Below are positions 41,490-55,253 of a stretch of 64,000 nucleotides of DNA, in pieces. Numbering within the stretch: the first letter of the stretch is position 1; each line of letters begins with the position of its first letter. A program made the position numbers and the translations under genes. The stretch spans positions 116,746,001-116,810,000 of the forward strand of contig NC_042999.1 in NCBI RefSeq assembly GCF_006345805.1, read 5' to 3'. The stretch is from Octopus sinensis. Taxonomy: Eukaryota. A model generated the notes under the pieces. That model ran no database searches, was not told the origin of the DNA, and saw only the letters and a list, made by a program, of their open reading frames with translations.

Positions 41490-42387
41490 AGACCTACTGG
41501 CTGTTGTCCAATGGGCGGAAAAGAATAACATGTTGCTAAATGAAGACAATTCGAACTGATCCACTTTGGAAGGAGGACGCTCTGAAACTCCCATACTCTC
41601 TTCCTTCTGGAGAAATTCTCATGGCATCCAACACATCAGAGACCTGGGAGTAACAGTGGACAACACCATAAGCTGGGCTACACTATAAGCAGCAAAGTTG
41701 ACATGGCCCGCAGAATGTGTTCCTGGATTCTCAGAACCTTCCAGTCGAGAGATTCCCACGCTATTATCCTTCTCTTCTCCACTTTTGCCCGACCCCACCT
41801 TGAATACTACTGTCCACTGTGGTCTCCCTACACAAAACAAAATATTATGAGAATTGAAGCTCCCCAAGGTCAATCACAAAGATAGATGGCATGTCAGACC
41901 TTGACTACTGGGAGACTAGAGAAGCTGAAATTGTATTCACTCCAACGACGCCGTGAACGCTACATTATCTGTATGATGTGGAAAATATTCCATCAGCACT
42001 GTCCGAATGATGTTGGCATCACCTTCAAAATGCATCCAAGGCTTGGACCACGTGCCATCCGTCCACAACAAAAAATCTAAATCGCATCACATAACGACAA
42101 TACGGCACAACTATTCACCTCAATTGGACCCGCTCCTCTTCAACATTACACCAGGACACGTCAAAAAAGAAACTGACCACACAAAATTCAAGAAGTCTTT
42201 GGACAAATTCCTTCAAACAGTACCGGACAACCACCCACACCCGGATATGTCTCCGCAAACAATAACTCTCTGCTCGAATGGGCCTTGGTGCCCAAATCCT
42301 GAACTGAAAGACTTCGCCAGGTGGTGCTATTAAGTTAGACATGGCCTGGGCCAATACTGGTCAAAAACCTTTCTAAGTTATTCTAAG

Positions 42388-42390
<3 letters not shown>
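41489..42390 (+). mobile_element. CR1-clade LINE 3' fragment
   Basis: RPHLEYYCPLWSPY and LKLYSLQRRRERYIICMMWKI, with frameshifts. Tail TTCTAAGTTATTCTAAGTTA. Inserted in (TA)n. Confidence 0.85.
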
Positions 42391-42436
<46 letters not shown>

Positions 42437-42796
42437 TATATATTATATATATATATATATACACACACGCACACAAAGTGATTTTGGAGGGATATATTAT
42501 TCAGGCGGATACGATATTAGCGCTTTGTTTGGTTCCAGATGTAGGTTAACCACAACGGTCAATATCCAATGTCCGTGCCTACAACAAGTTGTTAGTCACT
42601 GGTGAATTCTTCCGGTGGGTACTTCACTTCGAGGAAGACCAAATAGATGGAAGCTGGTGAAACTGCATTGATGACATTGCAAGATTGCATCAGCATCAAT
42701 ATGCAGTCGCTACAGTGGAAACACATGTCGGTCATTACTATGAAATAAATATTATGGATGTACAAGTCTCCACACTCCTTATTATTAATATGGTAT

Positions 42797-43009
42797 ATGT
42801 AACCGCGTGTGTAACGTTGACGATTTTTTTCCTCCGTCTTCCCTTCTTTGGATCTTTCCTTTTCCTATGTTTCAGACGAAGAGCTCCGCTCGAAACGTTA
42901 AACTCTCTTTCTTTCCTTCTTTCCTTCTTTCCTGAACGTCCAATAATACTATACTTGTTCACGTCCTCGCGTTGTTGTGTTTTCTTTTGTGTTTTCATGT
43001 TTGGATTAA

Positions 43010-43011
<2 letters not shown>
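42797..43011 (+). mobile_element. About 200-bp minimal-hammerhead element (copy 3)
   Basis: GTTT-CAGACGA-AGAGCTCCGCTC-GAAAC-GTT-AAAC at 42869-42903. Confidence 0.75.
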
Positions 43012-43077
<66 letters not shown>

Positions 43078-43184
43078 TGTGTGTGTGCATGTATGTAAGT
43101 ATGTATGTGGGTATGTATGTATGTATGTATGTATGTATGTATGTATGTATGTATGTATGTATGTATGTATGTATGTATTGGCAT

Positions 43185-43562
43185 GTCTTTGCTGACGAAG
43201 ATTAGGCGGTCGGAAGTCTGTTGTCCACGTCGTCTGCACGCTCGTTCGTGGCTGATAAGACTGATGTAGGATCGACATATCCGATTGCAGTGATGACAGA
43301 TATATGATTGTCTAGAGTCTGATGATGCAGCTGCATTATGTTTTCGCCTCCGACCTTTGTCTTCAAGAGAGGCACTGCGAGAGATCTCAAAGGACGAAAC
43401 AGCATCGCTGATGGTATGGCACCAGGCAACACAGTCAGCTGTTAGAGTGGACCACTCACGATAATCAATGTCATAAACGCTAAGGGACTGCTTCAGGCAG
43501 TCCTTGTAACGCTTTTTTGTGTCCCCACTGTTGCGGTAGCTAGTGGTGAGCTCACCGTACTA
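43185..43562 (-). mobile_element. RTE-BovB-like LINE 3' end
   Basis: [26 protein letters not shown] and the terminal zinc finger [22 protein letters not shown]. Confidence 0.8.
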
Positions 43563-44558
43563 TGTACGTATGTATATCTATGTGTGTGTGTGTGTGTGTG
43601 CGTGTCTTTCTGTCTGTGTTTATCTCTACGACCGCTTGACAACCAGTGTTGGTGTGTTCACTTCCCCGTAACTTAGCAGCTCGGCAAAATAAATCGACAG
43701 AATAAGTACCAGGCTGAAAAACGGGCACGGGGTCGATTCATTCAACTAAAAGTTCTTCAAGGCGGTGCCCCAGCACTGCCGCAGTCCAATGACTGAAACA
43801 AGTAAAAGATAAAAGACACTCTTCCTGCTCTTATCTAAGCCCTTCGCTCTGTATGAAGTGCAGGCCATCAACGAATTTTTTCCACTGTTCTCGATTCTGC
43901 GCTGTCGTTTCTGTTTCTCCCTACTTGAATCCCTATTTTTTATTTCTGCCTCTCTATTCCACCTCCAGCAATTTCTGGGGCATTCTCTCCGCCTCCCTTG
44001 TGAATTCCAGGCACAAAGCCTGCCGTGTCATGTTTCCCCGAAGGAAGTCTATCCTCTTCTAGCTTTTGAACTGACATCGATGCTTCTGTGACTTTGCTTT
44101 TTTCTAGATAGGACTGCTGGTCCTACGCAAACCCCTACTAGTCCTGCCTCTATCCTTTGATCTGTCCTGTATGGGAGACTCTACCAAGAGGCTTGCAATC
44201 CATTAGCATAGCTCTCAGGATCATTGGGTGTGGTGGCACAATCCACTATAGCGCAATAAGGACTGTATCTTGTAATGATTCTCCTGTTCTTAACCCCGCC
44301 ATTTCTTACTAACGACTACCCCTCTCTTTATTCACCTTCCTCCCCTGAGCTCCAGCTCATAGTAATACTCCACATTTTTTTTTTTTTTGCGTAAGGAATG
44401 ATGATAACGACTTCAGTCGTGCTTCATATCTCATATTAAGCTAATTCTTATTCCCTTTGACTAACTTCAAAAATGTATCTGAAAAGATATACATTGATTT
44501 TGTTATATTTCAGGATGGAATTTTTTTCTTTTGTCAAGTAACCACACGCACTATATAA

Positions 44559-44806
44559 TACTCGTTCTTCACTTCAATTTTATTATTATTCTTATTTTAG
44601 TATCCTTTGTCTGAAATCTTTCGTCACACTTCCTGTGACCTCTTCAATGACTCTCCATCTCACGTGTCTCTTCCTGTCCTTTTTAGTCCATTCTGCCTAG
44701 ACTAAACAGGATTGGAGGAGGCACGTAGGATGAAGAGTCGTTGAAGAGGATGTGGGATGAAGGAATTCAGTCAAAGGACACTAAAATAAGAAGTGAAGAA
44801 CGAATA
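44559..44806. repeat. Imperfect long inverted repeat (fold-back)
   Basis: Arms 44559-44690 and 44698-44806 are reverse complements around a 7-nt loop TTCTGCC. Confidence 0.8.
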
Positions 44807-45966
44807 TGTAATACATGTGGTTAATTGGCCTAAAAAATGACCATCAGAGGACACTTGTCTAAGATGTTGTGCTGTAAGATCGAACCCAGAACGGCGTAAT
44901 TCTGAACTTCTTAAACTATAGCTATCCCTACACCTACGATGTTCATAACATAATCAACTGCATAAAAGCAACGACACCCCACCTTCCATCAACTTGCTTT
45001 CATCGACTTCATCAATAACTTATTTTTATTCATGGTCATAATTCTGTCATATTCTTCCCAAGACAAGGTTATCTTCCATACAGGAAAGATACAAGGCAGT
45101 ACGACGGTAATTTATTTCCTGTTTTGAAAATAAGAGATTCTGTCTGAACCTCCTAAGTATTCCTAAAGCAGGAGCTGGGATTCCAAGTTGGTGACATTTA
45201 TTTTGAAACGAAAACTGATATGGTTTCTTCATTGTCTTCCGACATAGTGCAAAATAAGTGGATGTCAATGAATCATTTATCGATTACCCTGCGGTCATAG
45301 ACTTTCAGAAGGGTACCTCCTGGTACTAATGTTATCGCTTCATACTCGTCTGTCTAAATTTCAAAATAAGAACCAGTCTGTAGAAAATTATTGTAATAAG
45401 CCAAACACTCATCCTTTCGTCATTTATCATTAACATTAACCTTTTGGCGCTCCCCTCACTCAAACTACGTTATCGATGAGACAACCTGTATGAGGAGATT
45501 GGCAAGCTTGTAACAAAGGTTCGCTCTTTTGTGTGTGTGTGTGGTGGCAAAACCTACCAAGCGCATAGCAGCAGTAAAAATTCACTGTTGGAAATAATGT
45601 ATGCGCTGTGTGTAGTCAGTACAACTTGTACAAACAGCGAATACGCGGTTAAGTATGCAAAACAACAAAAGAACTAATTTCACTTGTGTTGAATATGACG
45701 AATTTGTCGAATTCATTAGTGCAATACGATGCCCATCACCGAGAATCTTTCTCAATATTTTTTTAATTATTAATTAGTCAGTGAAAGAGGATCGGTATTC
45801 AAGCAAGTTCTTTGTAGACGATCCGAAACTGATAGAGTTGATGAATATGGTGCTCTGCTTGTGCTTCTTTAGACTCCATATCTTAAAACATTTTAACCTC
45901 CCAAGAACGAGTAAATGAGGTTACATAAGAATTCTTCGAAGATATACACGTTATTTTTTATTGAAA

Positions 45967-46178
45967 GGCGGCAAGCTAGCAGAATGGTTAGCAACCGGGC
46001 AAAATGCTTAGCGGCATTTCGTCTGTCTTTACGTTCTGAATTCAAATTCCGCTGAGGTCAACTTTACCTTTCATCCTTTCGGGGTGCATAAAATAAATAC
46101 CAATTGATCACTAAGGGTCGATGTAATCTACTTAGTCCCTTTCCCGAAATTGTTGGCCTTGTGCCAAAACTTGGAACC
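45967..46178 (+). mobile_element. tRNA-derived Deu/Nin-like SINE
   Basis: Same family as the copies at 17677 and 30835. Confidence 0.75.
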
Positions 46179-46231
46179 AAAATTTTTAGTGAGATTTTTA
46201 TTGTTGCTAATTTTTTCTCGAGTATAGGTTG

Positions 46232-46459
46232 TTAACCCTTTCGTTACTGCATTTATTTTGAGATGCTCTGTGTTTCTTCCAATTATTTTAAATATAACAA
46301 AGAATTTAGTAAAATAACTTAGTTATCATTCAGCTAGTGTTAGGAACGTAAATTGTGACTAAGGTTTGGTGGAAGATTTTTATTCAAAACTTATGAAAAT
46401 AAGACATTTGTACACAGAACCAGAGCCGGTTTCAGCCGGGTTGGTAACAAAAGGGTATT
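46232..46459. mobile_element. piggyBac-type MITE
   Basis: TTAACCCTTTCGTTAC ... GTAACAAAAGGGTATT. Confidence 0.7.
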
Positions 46460-47148
46460 CGCTGTCTATCTCCTGTTGTTTCAAATCTGTGTTTAATTTT
46501 CTTCCTTCGCTTGGGCAGAGTAGACAGGTGATGGACCCATGGAAAGTCTTTCTTCGTTGTGATTATCCCTTTAGTGATCAATCATTCAAACTTTTCGTCT
46601 TGAGTTGTTGGTTTATTCTCCTACATCAGTCCCGACAGCGAGCCAAACAATGGTCAAAAGTGTTTTTTATCATCATGATCGTCCCATCTGTTGTCAGGCA
46701 TCATGTTCGCCCGTCAGAGGAACGACGATCATCTAGTCATCCTTAAAGATGATTGATGATTGATGATTTGTGCGGAGACTTATTTAAAGAGAAGAGTTGC
46801 ACATCGTCAACCTTACTCTCTCGACCTTACTTCAATTGAATGAACCTTACTTCAATTGAGTGTCAAGGCCAATCAAGATGACTGGATATGGAGACGGTTG
46901 TAATGGACGTCCAAGATATCATGCTTGCCTCATTTTGCTCTCTGTACTCCACAATGCGTTACTGGAGTCGCCTTCCCTTCCGTTGACCCATGAAGGTTTC
47001 TCCCGCAAAGTCCACGAGATCCAGTCTTGACATACATTGACAGGAAAGCCCTAACAAACTAATTAACCCATAGCGGGAACCCTGATAAGTGTTATTACTG
47101 CAGGTCAGAGTAGACTTGAAAGCAATAACGGCTAAGAGGTGGTTCCAC

Positions 47149-47489
47149 CACTAGTGTAGCCAAGGTGGGCGGTAGGGGTGGTCCACCCCGGGCGACACTT
47201 TTTTCTTTTTATTCTTGGCACAAGGATCGAAATTTTAGGGAGGGGGCCAGTCGATTAGATCGACTCCAATATGCAACTGGTACTTAGTTTATCGACCCCG
47301 AAAGGATGAAAGGCAAAGTTGACCTCGGCGGAATTTGAACTCAGAACGTAAAGACAGACGAATTACCGCGGCACTTTTAAAGGGGCGATACTTTGCGGTC
47401 TGCTGTAGGCAATATGTGTTTTTTGTGGGGTCCGCGGGGGGCAAACGGAAGGGCTGCTCCGGGCGGCACACACTCTAGCTACACTAGTA
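47149..47489. mobile_element. hAT-type MITE with nested SINE fragment
   Basis: TIR CACTAGTGTAGC / GCTACACTAGTA, perfect 8-bp TSD GGTTCCAC (47141-48, 47490-97), and an internal minus-strand SINE piece at about 47235-47370. Confidence 0.8.
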
Positions 47490-48517
47490 GGTTCCACACG
47501 CCTCAAAACTCTGGGACTCCCAAACCAGAGTTTTACTACTGGATGCAATTTAAAGTTATACCTTGGACAAAGTGAATCTAAGACTATATATTAATGTGTC
47601 ATGCGCATGGCTCAGTTATTAGAGCGTCAGGATCACAATCATGAGATAGTGAGCTAGATTCCCAGACCGGACAGTGTGTTCTTGAGCAAGACACTTTATT
47701 TCACGTTGCTCCAGGTAGAACTGAATTACATCACTGATGCCAAGCTGTATCGGCCCCTTTGCCTTTCCCTTGGATAACATCAGTGGCGTGGAGAGGTGAG
47801 GCTGATATGCATAGGCGACTGCTGGTCTTCCATAAACAACTTTTCCCGGACTTGTGCTTTGGCGGGGAATTTTCTAGGTGCAATCCCATAGTTATTCATG
47901 ACCGAAGGGGGTCTTCGCCCTTATCACTTCTTTTAATACGGTAGTATATGATTTACGGTTACTTCGCTGTCCGGTTTCATCTTGAGTAGTTTTGAGGAAT
48001 TCATGCTTGGTCTGACCTGGAGCAAATTCACACTTGGTTTCTTTGCACATTTCTCCAACGTTGCTAATTTTGGTTACTTAGTAGATTTCCTAACCGAGAC
48101 AGTTGTGCTTCATATCATCTGATAGTCTGAGCCAACCAGAGATCTTCGCGGTTGCTCGACCTGTTAAAAACAGTTGCCAAAAACACTCTCAAATCACACT
48201 CTACTGTCATGCAAAATGGAAAGACACACTGAAAAAAAAATTAGGGGTCTACATGAAGGCACACTGTATCTAAATAGAACTTCTTTAATCATAAGTCGAA
48301 TCGATTTTTGGCTACGCAACAACGTTTGATTGGTTGATAAGTTTTCTTCTATGCTAGAACAGGGACATGAGATATATCGCCCTACCATCGCTCATGTCTC
48401 TCTGAGACATTTAGACATTCAATATTTCTAATTTTGGTAACCAGTGAATAAATTTCACTGAAAATATTATATATTTGCAAAGCGGTTGCAGCCATCTCAG
48501 CTAGCAGGACTTGCTGC

Positions 48518-48563
48518 CCTGGACTGATGACGGGCAAGACCCAGAAACATGCATGTCTTCAGG
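48518..48563 (+). ncRNA. Type I hammerhead ribozyme motif
   Basis: Helix I CCTGGA/TTCAGG, CTGATGA (48524-30), helix II GGG-CAAGA-CCC, GAAAC (48544-48), palindromic helix III ACATGCATGT, and GTC cleavage site (cut after 48557). Confidence 0.8.
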
Positions 48564-48721
48564 TGCTAATCCTAGCTGGCGGGGGTGCTTGCCTCCCCTT
48601 TGCAAATATAAGGACACAGGAAATGTGTCAAAGCCGACAGGAAGCATTGATGCTTCCTAGGGCTAAATAGCGGTGGTGTGATTCCCTTTACGGGACTGTC
48701 ACGTTGAGTTGACAGTTTACA

Positions 48722-48776
<55 letters not shown>

Positions 48777-48833
48777 AATAATAATATATATATATATATA
48801 TATACATACGTACATACGTACACACACACACAC

Positions 48834-48867
<34 letters not shown>

Positions 48868-49067
48868 ACACACACACACACCACACACACACACACACGC
48901 ATACACACATATATAGATGCATATATGGGTACAGAACGTCAGTAGCTGTGCAAACAACATGAAATACGTTAAAACAGGACAAGGAAACCAAACGACAAGA
49001 TGGAGGGTCGTTAGACCAGAACGAGAGGAAAGTAGTGAAAGCTGGGATATATATATGTATGTATGTA

Positions 49068-49111
<44 letters not shown>

Positions 49112-49119
49112 CATATAAA

Positions 49120-49902
49120 CGGGGTCTGATCAATAAATATCCTGACTGTTGCTATAGTAACAAAGCTAAAGCGTGCAGAGTGAAGCCGCTTAGCAAAGAT
49201 TGATCTTGTATTCTGCTGTGGATGCGAACTAAGTTTTAACGTTCTAGGTCACTTCCGCTGTTTACAGCAGTGCTTGGAAGGAAAGTGTGTAGCGAACGAT
49301 CGTCGCATTGACTATGAAAGAGAAAGTTGTCATGGCGTTACCTGTTCAGAGGTCTACGCAAAGTTGCAGAAAGTGTATGCAGAGGAGTGCATGAGCCGCA
49401 TAGAAGTATACGAGCGGTTCAGACGTTTACAAGATGGCGGAAAAAATGTCGATATTACCGAATGTTCTGGGTGACCCGCAACCAGGAGAACTGAGAAAAA
49501 CATCGCAGATGTGCTTGTAGCTGAGAGGAGAAATCGTCGAAGCACCATTCATGAGTTATCGGAGGATGTGCAGATTAGTTACGGTTCAGTACAGTCCATT
49601 ATCACTGAAGAATTGGGTATGAGACGTGTATCTGCCAAGTTTGTGCCAAAACTTCTTTCGGTTGACAAAAAAGACACTCGGGTTTCAATAACACAAGATT
49701 TCCTTGATTGTGTCGAGAATTATGAAAACATTTTGAAATTTTTGTGTAGGCTTCTGAGCAGATATCGCCAAGTTTTTGGCAAAATTTGATGCAGATTGCC
49801 TGCTCAACTTTCTCTGTCATGGTCAATGTGAAGAACATACCCTATACACTTACCTTCTAAGAACTGCTCTAAACAGCGAAAGTGAGCAAGAACGTTAAAC
49901 TT
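49120..49902 (+). mobile_element. Tc1/mariner transposase 5' fragment with inverted partial copy
   Basis: TIR-like CGGGGTCTGATCAATAAATAT. HTH region TIHELSEDVQISYGSVQSIITEELGMRRVSAKFVPKLL. 49730-49902 is a reverse-oriented homologue of about 49230-49370. Confidence 0.8.
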
Positions 49903-50522
49903 TATATATATATATATATACAACGGGCTTCTTTCAGTTTCTATCATCTCTCTACCAAATACACTCACAAGACTTTGGTTGGCCCGAAGATAAAGTAAAA
50001 GACACTTGCCCAAGGTGCCACGCAGTGGGACTGAACCCGGAGACATGTGGTTGGAAATCAAGCATCTTACCACACAGCCACACCTGCTATGTTTATAGTG
50101 ATCGATTGTATGTCCTATACATTAGCTCACTCCTTACATCAAATCAACAATGCTTGAAAAGTACCCAGTGAACCACATGTCAGGTGTCGAAGTAATCGCG
50201 AAGCAACGTGAGATGAAGAGTACCACCTGGTCCAGGAATCGAAAACACGATCTCGCGATCGTGAGTGCAACACCCTAACTACAAGATCTTGCACCCTCAC
50301 AATAGTCTCCATATAAAAGCTGCATTAGTTTTCCACATATGCTCTCCTTTTCTCAGTTTCTGGCGAGACAATTACATACGCCGAGCAGTTGACCTCTGCA
50401 GCGCAGCATCACTTTTAATTCTTGCTCCAGAGAACCATGTCTGACTTATAGGATTTACACCGGGTTGTTGGCTGTATTGAGATATTCCACTATAGCATTC
50501 TTTTATTTTTAAAGGTACAGTC

Positions 50523-50707
50523 CAGTGGTACTCAATAGGGAACCATATGAGTCTTGAGGGTTCATGAAAGATTTTGCAGTTAAAATTTATATGCTATAAT
50601 TTGGTTATACTTCAAAAATTCACACAATAGTTTAACAATTTTATTTTATACAATTCCTAAGTAAAATAGGAATCAAAGGGGTCCATAGGTGAAAATTCGA
50701 ACCACTG
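50523..50707. mobile_element. hAT-type MITE
   Basis: CAGTGGT...ACCACTG ends. TSD GTACAGTC / GTATAGTT (6 of 8 match). Confidence 0.6.
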
Positions 50708-50893
50708 GTATAGTTCTGCTGTGTCATGCATGACAATCCTTCACGTAAATTCCCACGGATTTTATATAGCTTCATTGACAATGTAATGTAATACTGGAAA
50801 GAAGCAACGTGCGGACACTTTTTGACAACTGCTGCGGATGTAGTTGTTTCACGTTGGTATGGCGCAATCGACATTTTCTATCGTAGTATATAA

Positions 50894-50962
<69 letters not shown>

Positions 50963-50965
<3 letters not shown>

Positions 50966-51162
50966 TCAATCCAAACATGAACAAGCAAGAAATAACAACA
51001 ACGCGAGGACGTGGGATAAGTATATTGGACGCTCAGGAAAGGAAAGAAAAGAAGGAGAGATTTCACGTTTCGAGCGGAGCTCTTCATCAGAAATATTGAA
51101 AAAGTCCAAAGAAGACGGAGAAAGAAAATCGCCAACGATACACACGCGGTCACATATTGAAA
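50963..51162 (-). mobile_element. About 200-bp minimal-hammerhead element (copy 4)
   Basis: Reverse complement ATTT-CTGATGA-AGAGCTCCGCTC-GAAAC-GTG-AAAT at 51060-51094. Confidence 0.75.
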
Positions 51163-51203
51163 TGACTGGAAGGGAATGGGTGGTGCGTGTGTGTGTGTGT
51201 GTA

Positions 51204-51237
<34 letters not shown>

Positions 51238-52059
51238 TAATATATATATATATATATATACGAAAGTATGCGTATATTTATGCTTGTATACACACATACG
51301 CGCAAGCATGCATATGCAAATAATATACATGCATATATGTATCTGTGTATGTGCCTCTGTGTGTGTGTATAATAATATGTATGTATATGTGTGTATATAT
51401 ATAATATATATATATATATATATCATATATACATAGATATAAATATGTATTCATGTATAGATAGATACATGCATACAAACACATACATACATACATACAT
51501 ACATACATACATACATACATACATACATACATACATACATACATACATACAGACTGGCAGACAGACATGCATGCACGCATACATATATACATGCATTCAT
51601 ATATAGTGCATACATACATACATGCATGCATACATACATACATGCATACAAACATGCATGCGTACAAACATGCATAGATACATGCATGACTGCATACATG
51701 CATACATACATGCATACATACATACATACTTACATACATACATATATACCTAAATACATACATACATACATACATACATGCATACATACATACATACATA
51801 CATACATACGTACATACATACATACATACATATATACATACATAAATACATACATGCATGCATACATCCATCCATACATGCATACATACATATACTCATT
51901 CATACATACATCCACATTGCATACGAAGAGACAGCTAGACAGTCAGCCAGACAGACAGACATAATAATGAGCAACAATAAAAATATGTTAACAAGCGAAA
52001 CCTTGTCAATTGTGGAAGGGAGAAGGATAAAAAAAAAGTTATGACTCCCGGCTGTTGTT

Positions 52060-55000
52060 ATGCAGTGGTAGTAGTAGTGGTAGAAGGTTGTAGTCGGGGA
52101 TGAGGTGCCCGAGGAAATAGTGGTAGTGATGTGATGATGGTAGCGGTTGCGCGCTGGGAAGTGGGGGTTGTGATGGCTGTGGTGATGGTATGGGTATTAG
52201 TAGCAGTGGTTGATGTTGAATGAAAATTACCAGTGGTTGCTATTGGTATTTATTGGTGTTGGTGTTGGTGATGGTGGTGGTGGTGGTGGTGGTGATTGTG
52301 ATGGTAGTGGTGGTTGTGGTGGTGATGGTGGTGTTGGTGATGGTGGTGGTGGTGGTGGTGGTGGTGGTGGTGGTGGTGATTGTGATGGCAGTGGTGGTTG
52401 TGGTGGTGATGGTGGTGGAGGTGGTGGTGGTGGTGATATTGTTGGTAGTGATTGTGATGGTGGTTGTGGTGCTGATGGTGATGGTGATGGTGGTGGTGGT
52501 GCGGATGGTGGTGGCGATAGTAGTGGTGGTAATGGTGGTAGTAGTGGTGCTGATGGTGGTAGTTGGGAAGGATGGTGTGTTAATCGAGGTGGTAGTGGTG
52601 GTGATGGTGGTGGGCTGATGGTAGAATTGATGGTGTGCTAACCTGGTGATGGTAGTGGTGGTGTGGTGATGGAGGTGGTGGTGGTGTGGTGGTGGTGGTG
52701 GTGGTGGTGATTGTGATGGCAGTGGTGGTTGTGGTGGTGATGGTGGTGGAGGTGATGGTGGTGGTGATATTGTTGGTAGTGATTGTGATGGTGGTTGTGG
52801 TGCTGATGGTGATGGTGATGGTGGTGGTGGTGCGGATGGTGGTGGCGATAGTAGTGGTGGTAATGGTGGTAGTAGTGGTGCTGATGGTGGTAGTGGAAGA
52901 GATGGTGTGTTAATCGAGGTGGTAGTGGTGGTGATGGTGGTGGTGCTGATGGTAGAATTGATGGTGTGCTAACCTGGTGATGGTAGTGGTGGTGGTGGTG
53001 ATGGAGGTGGTGGTGGTGGTGGTGGTGGTGGTGGTGGTAATGGTGGTATTTGAATAGAGGCGTTTGTGATGGTGATAACATGGTGGTAATGTTGTGATTG
53101 TTATTGGTGGTGGTGGTGGTGGTGGTGGTGGTGATGGCCGTCGTCGTCTTCGTAATACTGGAGTTGCCAACGGTAGATAGAAATAGTGATGCTTTCAAGG
53201 TGGGGGAGGCAGCGTTGGTAGTGAAGGTGGTGGTAGAGAAGCTATAGAAGACATCCCCATCACCACCACCACCACCACCACCACCATCACCACCACCACC
53301 ATCACCGTGATCCCCCAAACCACCATCACCAGCCTCCTCCTCCCTTCTCCACCTCCACCACTATCACTGATGCTGTTGCAGGTATCATTGGCTATGTTGT
53401 TGTTGTTGTGGTGGTGGTGGTAGTAGTGGGTGGTAGTGGTGGTGGTGGAATTAGTGCTATCGAAGAGTTTGGTCCTGTTATCATTATGCATCTCTACCGC
53501 CGCCGCCGCCGCCGCCACCACGTCCACCACCAACTCCCCTCCTCCACCTCCTCCTCCCCACCCACATCTACTCCCACCACATCCATCACCACATCCACCA
53601 CATATACCACCTCTTCAACCACCACCACCACCATCACCACCACCACCACCACCACCATCACAACCCCCACCACCACCACCACCACCGCTACCAACAGCAA
53701 CACCAACAACAATACCATTTCACACCATTCATACAGGCACTACTACATCAACACTACATCACCGGCATATACACGCACCATACCAGTGCTATTCCAAGAA
53801 CAGAAGACATTCACCACCACCACCATCATCGTCATCATCATCATCTTCATCATCAGCATCACGACCACCACCATTGACACCAGCACCCATCTTTATTGCC
53901 CCAACCAGCGATAAATATCAGCCGACGCTGCTACCGATATCCACTCCGCCCTAACCCAATCTCCATCCCTCTCTAGACGGCACATCACTAAAACCCCTCC
54001 CACCACCACCACCACCACCACCACCACCACAACCACTGCCACCACCACTACCACTACCGCCACCACAACCTCAGCCACCACTGCTACCACCACCACCACC
54101 ACCACTGCTACCAACACTGCTACCACCACTGCCACCTCCACTACCATCACCACCACAACCACTGCCACCACCACTACCACTACCGCCACCACAACCTCAG
54201 CCACCACTGCTACCACCACCACCACCACCACTGCTACCAACACTGCTACCACCACTGCCACCTCCACTACCATCACCACCACAACCACTGCCACCACCAC
54301 TACCACTACCGCCACCACAACATCAGCCACCACTGCTACCAGAACCACCACCACCACCACCACTGCTACCAACACTGCTCCACCACTGCCACCTCCACTA
54401 CCACCACCACCACAACCACTGCCACCACCACTACCACTACCGCCACCACAACCTCAGTCACCACTGCTACCACCACCACCACCACCACCACCACCACTGC
54501 TACCAACACTGCTACCACCACTGCCACCTCCACCACCATCACCACAACCACCATCACCACCACTACCACCACCGCCACTACCACCACCTCCACCACTACC
54601 GCCACCGCCATCACCACTACCACCACCACTACCACCACCACAACAACCAGCACCACCACTACCGTCACCACCACTACCGTCACCACCACCACCGTCACCA
54701 CCACTACCACCACCACCACCACCACCACCACCATCACGACTACTAGCAGCAGAAGCAGTTGCAGTAGCAGTAGTGACGGCGGCAGTAGTAGTAGTACCAA
54801 CCACATTTGCCCACACTTCAACATCAGAAACACCCTTCCTTAACAACGAACACGAGTCAATTAAAGAGACCTCCCTGTGGGTTATTCGATTTGCTCGAAA
54901 TAGCTACCAAATCTCTTAGCAATTCATAATACTCTACCGTCTTAAACAGGTCACGTTGAGCAATATGACCTCGTCACTGGTGAGTTCCCTGGCAAACAGG

Positions 55001-55215
55001 GGAAAGACGAGTTGATCATGGTTGGAATGCTTTTAATCATAGCTCTGTCGCCTACTTGATCAGAACTAAGTCGAGGCTAAACTACGAAACAACAAATATC
55101 ACTCATCAATACATCATCAACAACTCTACTCGGATCGCTACTCCCCACCACCAACAAACCATCACTATCATCACCTGTCATGACGACGACGACTACCATC
55201 CTCCTCCTCCTCCTC

Positions 55216-55253
<38 letters not shown>

